A DNA stretch of 64,000 nucleotides from an uncultured Gemmatimonadaceae bacterium. Its GTDB lineage: Bacteria; Gemmatimonadota; Gemmatimonadetes; Gemmatimonadales; Gemmatimonadaceae. Under the pieces are notes generated by a model. It had not been told where the DNA came from and made no database searches. It saw only the letters and a program-made list of their open reading frames with translations. A program made the position numbers and the translations under genes. Below are positions 60,312 through 64,000 of the stretch, in pieces (position 1 is the stretch's first letter; each line of letters begins with the position of its first letter). Location: NCBI GenBank assembly GCA_963716745.1, contig OY970320.1:960001-1024000 (forward strand). Reading direction: 5' to 3'.

Positions 60312-61515
60312 TCAGCGGTCGAAGCGGAACATCGCGGCGTCGGGGTCGGCGCGCCCCGTATGCAGCGCGGTGATCATCCGCGCCGCGATCATGCTGAAGG
60401 TGATGCCGTTCCCGCCGTAACCAAGCGCAAAGTAGGCGCCCGGGCACGCCGCGCACTCGCCAATGTATGGGAGCCCGTCGGGGCTCTCGCCGAACGTGCC
60501 GGCCCAGGCATACGCGGGATCGAACCGGATCTCCGGGAACGCGCGGCGGAAGTACCGCGCGAGCGCCGTAGCCTTCGCGGGCAGCCGCGCGTCGCGTAGC
60601 CGCGCGTTCTTCCAAGGGATGTCGCCGCCCCCGATCATCGCGCGCATGTCCGGCGTGGTGCGCATGTAGTGGTATGGCCGCGCGGATTCCCAGATCAACG
60701 CGCGGTCGGGCCACCCATGCATCTCGCGCACCGGCTCACTCACCATGGCATACGTGCTGTGCAGTGCGCCCACGCGCCGTCCTACGTACTGTTCCGACGC
60801 ATAGCCGGTCGCGAAGACGATGCGGTCGGCGATCACTCTCGGCCCGTCGGCAGTTCGCAGTGCCATGCGCCGCTTGGACGCCTCGAACCGCACCATCTCC
60901 GTGCGCTCGTACACGCGCGCACCATGCACGATCGCGTGCGCGAGCAGCCGGTGCGTGAAGCGCACCGGATCGATCTCGCCATCGCCGCGCGAGACGATCG
61001 CGCCCGCATTGCGCAGCGTGGAGCGCCGCGCGATCGCCTTGCGGTCGAGGAATTCCACGTCGAATCCGTGCTGCGCGAGTGCGCCATACACGGTCTTGAG
61101 CCGGCTGACGTCCCAGCGCCGGCGCGCGACATACCATGAATCGCGGTGCTGCGAAGCCGCAGGTATCCGCGATGTCGATCGTGAGACGCCGAATGGATTC
61201 GATCGCGTCGAGCCCGAGCCGCAGCGCGCGCACGGCATACGCCTCGCCCACCCGGGCGATGAGATCGGGCAGCTCGACATCGACTTCGTACTGCAGCAGC
61301 CCGGTGCTCGCCGCCGTGCTCGCCGCGCCGATATCGCCGCACTCGAGCACGACGACATCCACGCCGGCATCCGCCAACTGGTGCGCCATGAGCGCGCCGG
61401 TCACCCCGCCGCCTACGACGCACACCTCACAACGTTCATCCCGCTTGAGTGCGGGGTACGCGGCGAGGATGCCGTTCTTGAGCAGCCAGAACGGATGTCC
61501 CGAGCGCAGCTTCAC
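60312..61515 (-). CDS. FAD-dependent oxidoreductase (DadA/PuuB-like; frameshift ~61150)
   Basis: VVGGGVTG, STAASTGLLQYE, FATGY, DGLPYIG, GYGGNGITFS. Confidence 0.88.
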
Positions 61516-61517
61516 GC

Positions 61518-62003
61518 TCAGTCGATGCGCGGCGGATCGATCCCCAGCGCGGTCGCCAGATCGGAGAGGTGCTCCTGCTCGTCCTTGAGGATCTCGCGGA
61601 TGTGCTCACTCATCGCGAACTCGCCCAGCGATTCGCACTGCGCGATCCGCTTGCGGTATTCCCCGATCGTGACGCGCTCGTTCTCGAGGTCGAAGCGCAG
61701 CATCTGCTCCGCCTTGTCCGATGTCTTCACGATCTTCGCGACGACCGGCGGGTCGCCGCCGAGGTAGTCGATCTGTTTGGCGATGATCAGCGCGTGCTTC
61801 AATTCCTCCGCGGCGTGCTTCTCCAGCTCCGCAGCGATGGACATATACGCCGCGCCCTTGAGCACCTGCGAGTACACGACGTAGGCGATGATCGCCTGAT
61901 ACTCGCGCGAGAGGTCCTCGCCGAGCGCGGCGATGAGGTCGGCACGCGTGGTGGATGGGGCGCCGCTGGGGGCAGCGACGGTCGCGCTCTCTTTCTTCGG
62001 CAT
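61518..62003 (-). CDS. Ferritin-like (bacterioferritin-type) protein
   Basis: REYQAIIAY, HAAEELKHA, IDYLGG, E..TIGEY, DEQEH di-iron motifs. Confidence 0.88.
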   Translation of the reverse strand: MPKKESATVAAPSGAPSTTRADLIAALGEDLSREYQAIIAYVVYSQVLKGAAYMSIAAELEKHAAEELKHALIIAKQIDYLGGDPPVVAKIVKTSDKAEQMLRFDLENERVTIGEYRKRIAQCESLGEFAMSEHIREILKDEQEHLSDLATALGIDPPRID

Positions 62004-62029
62004 GATGAGTCCGGTGAATGGTTGGTGGA

Positions 62030-63924
62030 TCAGTCGGTGACGCGCAGCCGGCGTACGACGGCCGCGGTGATCGCGCGGCGCGCACGCGCGAATTCGCGCC
62101 AAGGATCTTCGCGCTGCGCATCGAGCCGCGCGGGTACGTTCTGCACATTGAAATGATCGAAGCGGCGATCTTCGTCCAACTCGTTCCAGTGGATCGGCGT
62201 CGCGACCGGTGCGCCGGCGCGCGCGCGCACGGAGTATGGCGCCACTGCGGTGGCGCCCTCGGCGTTGCGAAGCCAATCGATGAAGATCTTCCCCGCGCGC
62301 TTGGCCTTCGAAGCCGTCGCCACATAGCGATCGGGCTGCGCGGCGGCCATCGATTCCGCGACCGCGCGGCAGAAATCCTTGGCCTGCGTCCACGTGATCG
62401 TCGGACGGATCGGCACCACCACGTGAAGTCCTTTGCCGCCGGTGGTCTTGAGGAACGGCCGGAGGCCGGCGCGTTCGAGCGTCGTCACGCAAGGCGAGCA
62501 CACCGTCCACCACCGCTTCGCCAGCTGCTGCCTTCATCCGGATCGAGATCGAAGATCAGGATGTCGGGATGCTCGAGATGCGGGGCGCGCGATCCCCAGG
62601 GGTGCAGCTCCACGACGCCCCACTGGACGAGCGACGCGAGCGCCTTGGCCGAGCCCGCGCTCGCGTAGGTCGCGCTGCCCCCACTCTCGTGCACGCGCAC
62701 TCGCTTCACGGCCGCGCCGACGGCTGCCTCAATGTGTTTCTGGAAAAAGCAGTGCTCGCCCACGCCATCGGGGCATCGCAGGAGGCTGAGCGGGCGCTCG
62801 CGCAAATGCGGCACGAGCGCGGGCGCGACGCGCACGTAGTACTCGGCGAGTTCGCGCTTCGTGGGACCCGCGGGAGGAAAGATGAGTTTGTCGGGGTGCG
62901 AGATCGCGACGCCCGCCACCTTGCCGCTCTCGCGCGCGCGCGCCGGCTTCACCTCGGCCTCTCGCTCTCGCACGACGTCTTTCGCTTGCTTGTCCATACG
63001 CAGTCCCGTGAACGATGGATGGCGCAACGCACCGTCCTCGCTCCATTCGGTGAACTCCACTTCGGCAACGAGCTCCGGCTTCACCCAGTGTACGCCTTTC
63101 GCGTCGGCTCCGCGCGGCGGGTCCGCGAAGGGAGGCTCGGCACGCTCGAGACGCCGGAGTTTCTCCGAGAGCTCGGCAAGCATCGCCTCATCGAACCCGG
63201 TCCCGACCCGCCCCGAATAGCGGAGATCGTGCCCATCGTACACGCCCAGCAGGAGTGCGCCGAACCCACGACGCGCACCCTGCGGATCCGTGTAGCCGCC
63301 CACGACCATCTCCTGCCGGCGCGTACACTTCACCTTCACCCAATCGGCGCTGCGCTCGCCGCTGCGGTACGGCGAGTCGACGCGCTTGGATATCGCCCCT
63401 TCGAGGGAGAGCGCACAACTCTGCCGGAAGAACTCCGTGCCGGAGCCGCTCACTTCCGGTCCGACGCGCACATGGGCGCTTCCGCGTCCGACGATCTTGT
63501 GCAGTTCGCGCTTGCGCTCCCGCAGCGGCCGGTGCCGGAGATCGATCCCGTCCAGGTACATCACATCGAAGAGCATGAGCGTGAGGTCACGCGCGCGAGT
63601 GCCGGAGAGCCCGTTCTGCAGCGCCTGGAAGCTGGAGCGGCCGCGGGCGTCCATGACGACGAGCTCGCCGTCGAGCCATGCGTTCGACAGGTCGAGCGCG
63701 CCGAGTTCCTTTGCGATGACGGCGAGTTGCGCCGTCCATTCCTTGCCGTTGCGCGAGAAGACGCGCGCCTCGCCGTCCTCGATGCGGCTTAGCATCCGGT
63801 AGCCGTCGTACTTGATCTCGTGCAGCCAACCCGTGCCCGCGGGCGCGCGTTTCACGAGCGTGGCGAGCATAGGCTGCATGCGCGCCGGCAATTGCCGGCG
63901 CTCGAGGCGGTGCGCGGTGCTCAT
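62030..63924 (-). CDS. ligD: DNA ligase D (ligase + polymerase domains; frameshift ~62500-62530)
   Basis: EIKYDGYR, EGAISKR, WVKVKC, LRHPSF; polymerase motifs LRCPDG, FFQKH, FDLDP, KTTGGKGLHV, IFIDWLRN. Confidence 0.92.
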
Positions 63925-64000
63925 GCGTGTTTGCGGCGGTGCATGACCGCGCGCCGAGGCGCGGCCGTCTGCTTCTTCCCGAGGCTCCGCTCGAGCAGCG

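Overview
High-GC bacterial chromosome segment. Gene content and style suggest Gemmatimonadota (inference). Many single-base frameshifts sit in otherwise intact genes and look like long-read indel errors. The left and middle of the window hold signalling, peptidase, transport and cell-envelope genes, efp and eight CCA-less tRNA genes. These are interspersed with many intergenic inverted repeats built from 7- and 9-mer tandem units, and one of these elements encloses a four-helix-bundle (IVS/Avd-like) gene. The right end (about 48.4-64 kb) is a general-stress-type gene island (BON, DUF4397, CsbD, AI-2E, DUF1328, Fet4-like, ElaB/YqjD-like, holin-like, ferritin-like, LigD). It is centred on a PAS histidine kinase and a response regulator whose output domain I do not recognise. 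The strongest observation is six copies of a conserved leader RNA motif in this island: YCTT-RKCGG-[variable hairpin]-NAGYCG-AAGG, overlapping an intrinsic terminator AAGGC...GCCTT-U-rich. Each copy is oriented with, and upstream of, island genes, including the kinase itself. This is a terminator/antiterminator architecture. It points to a possibly undescribed antitermination regulon controlled by the two-component system, or to a riboswitch.
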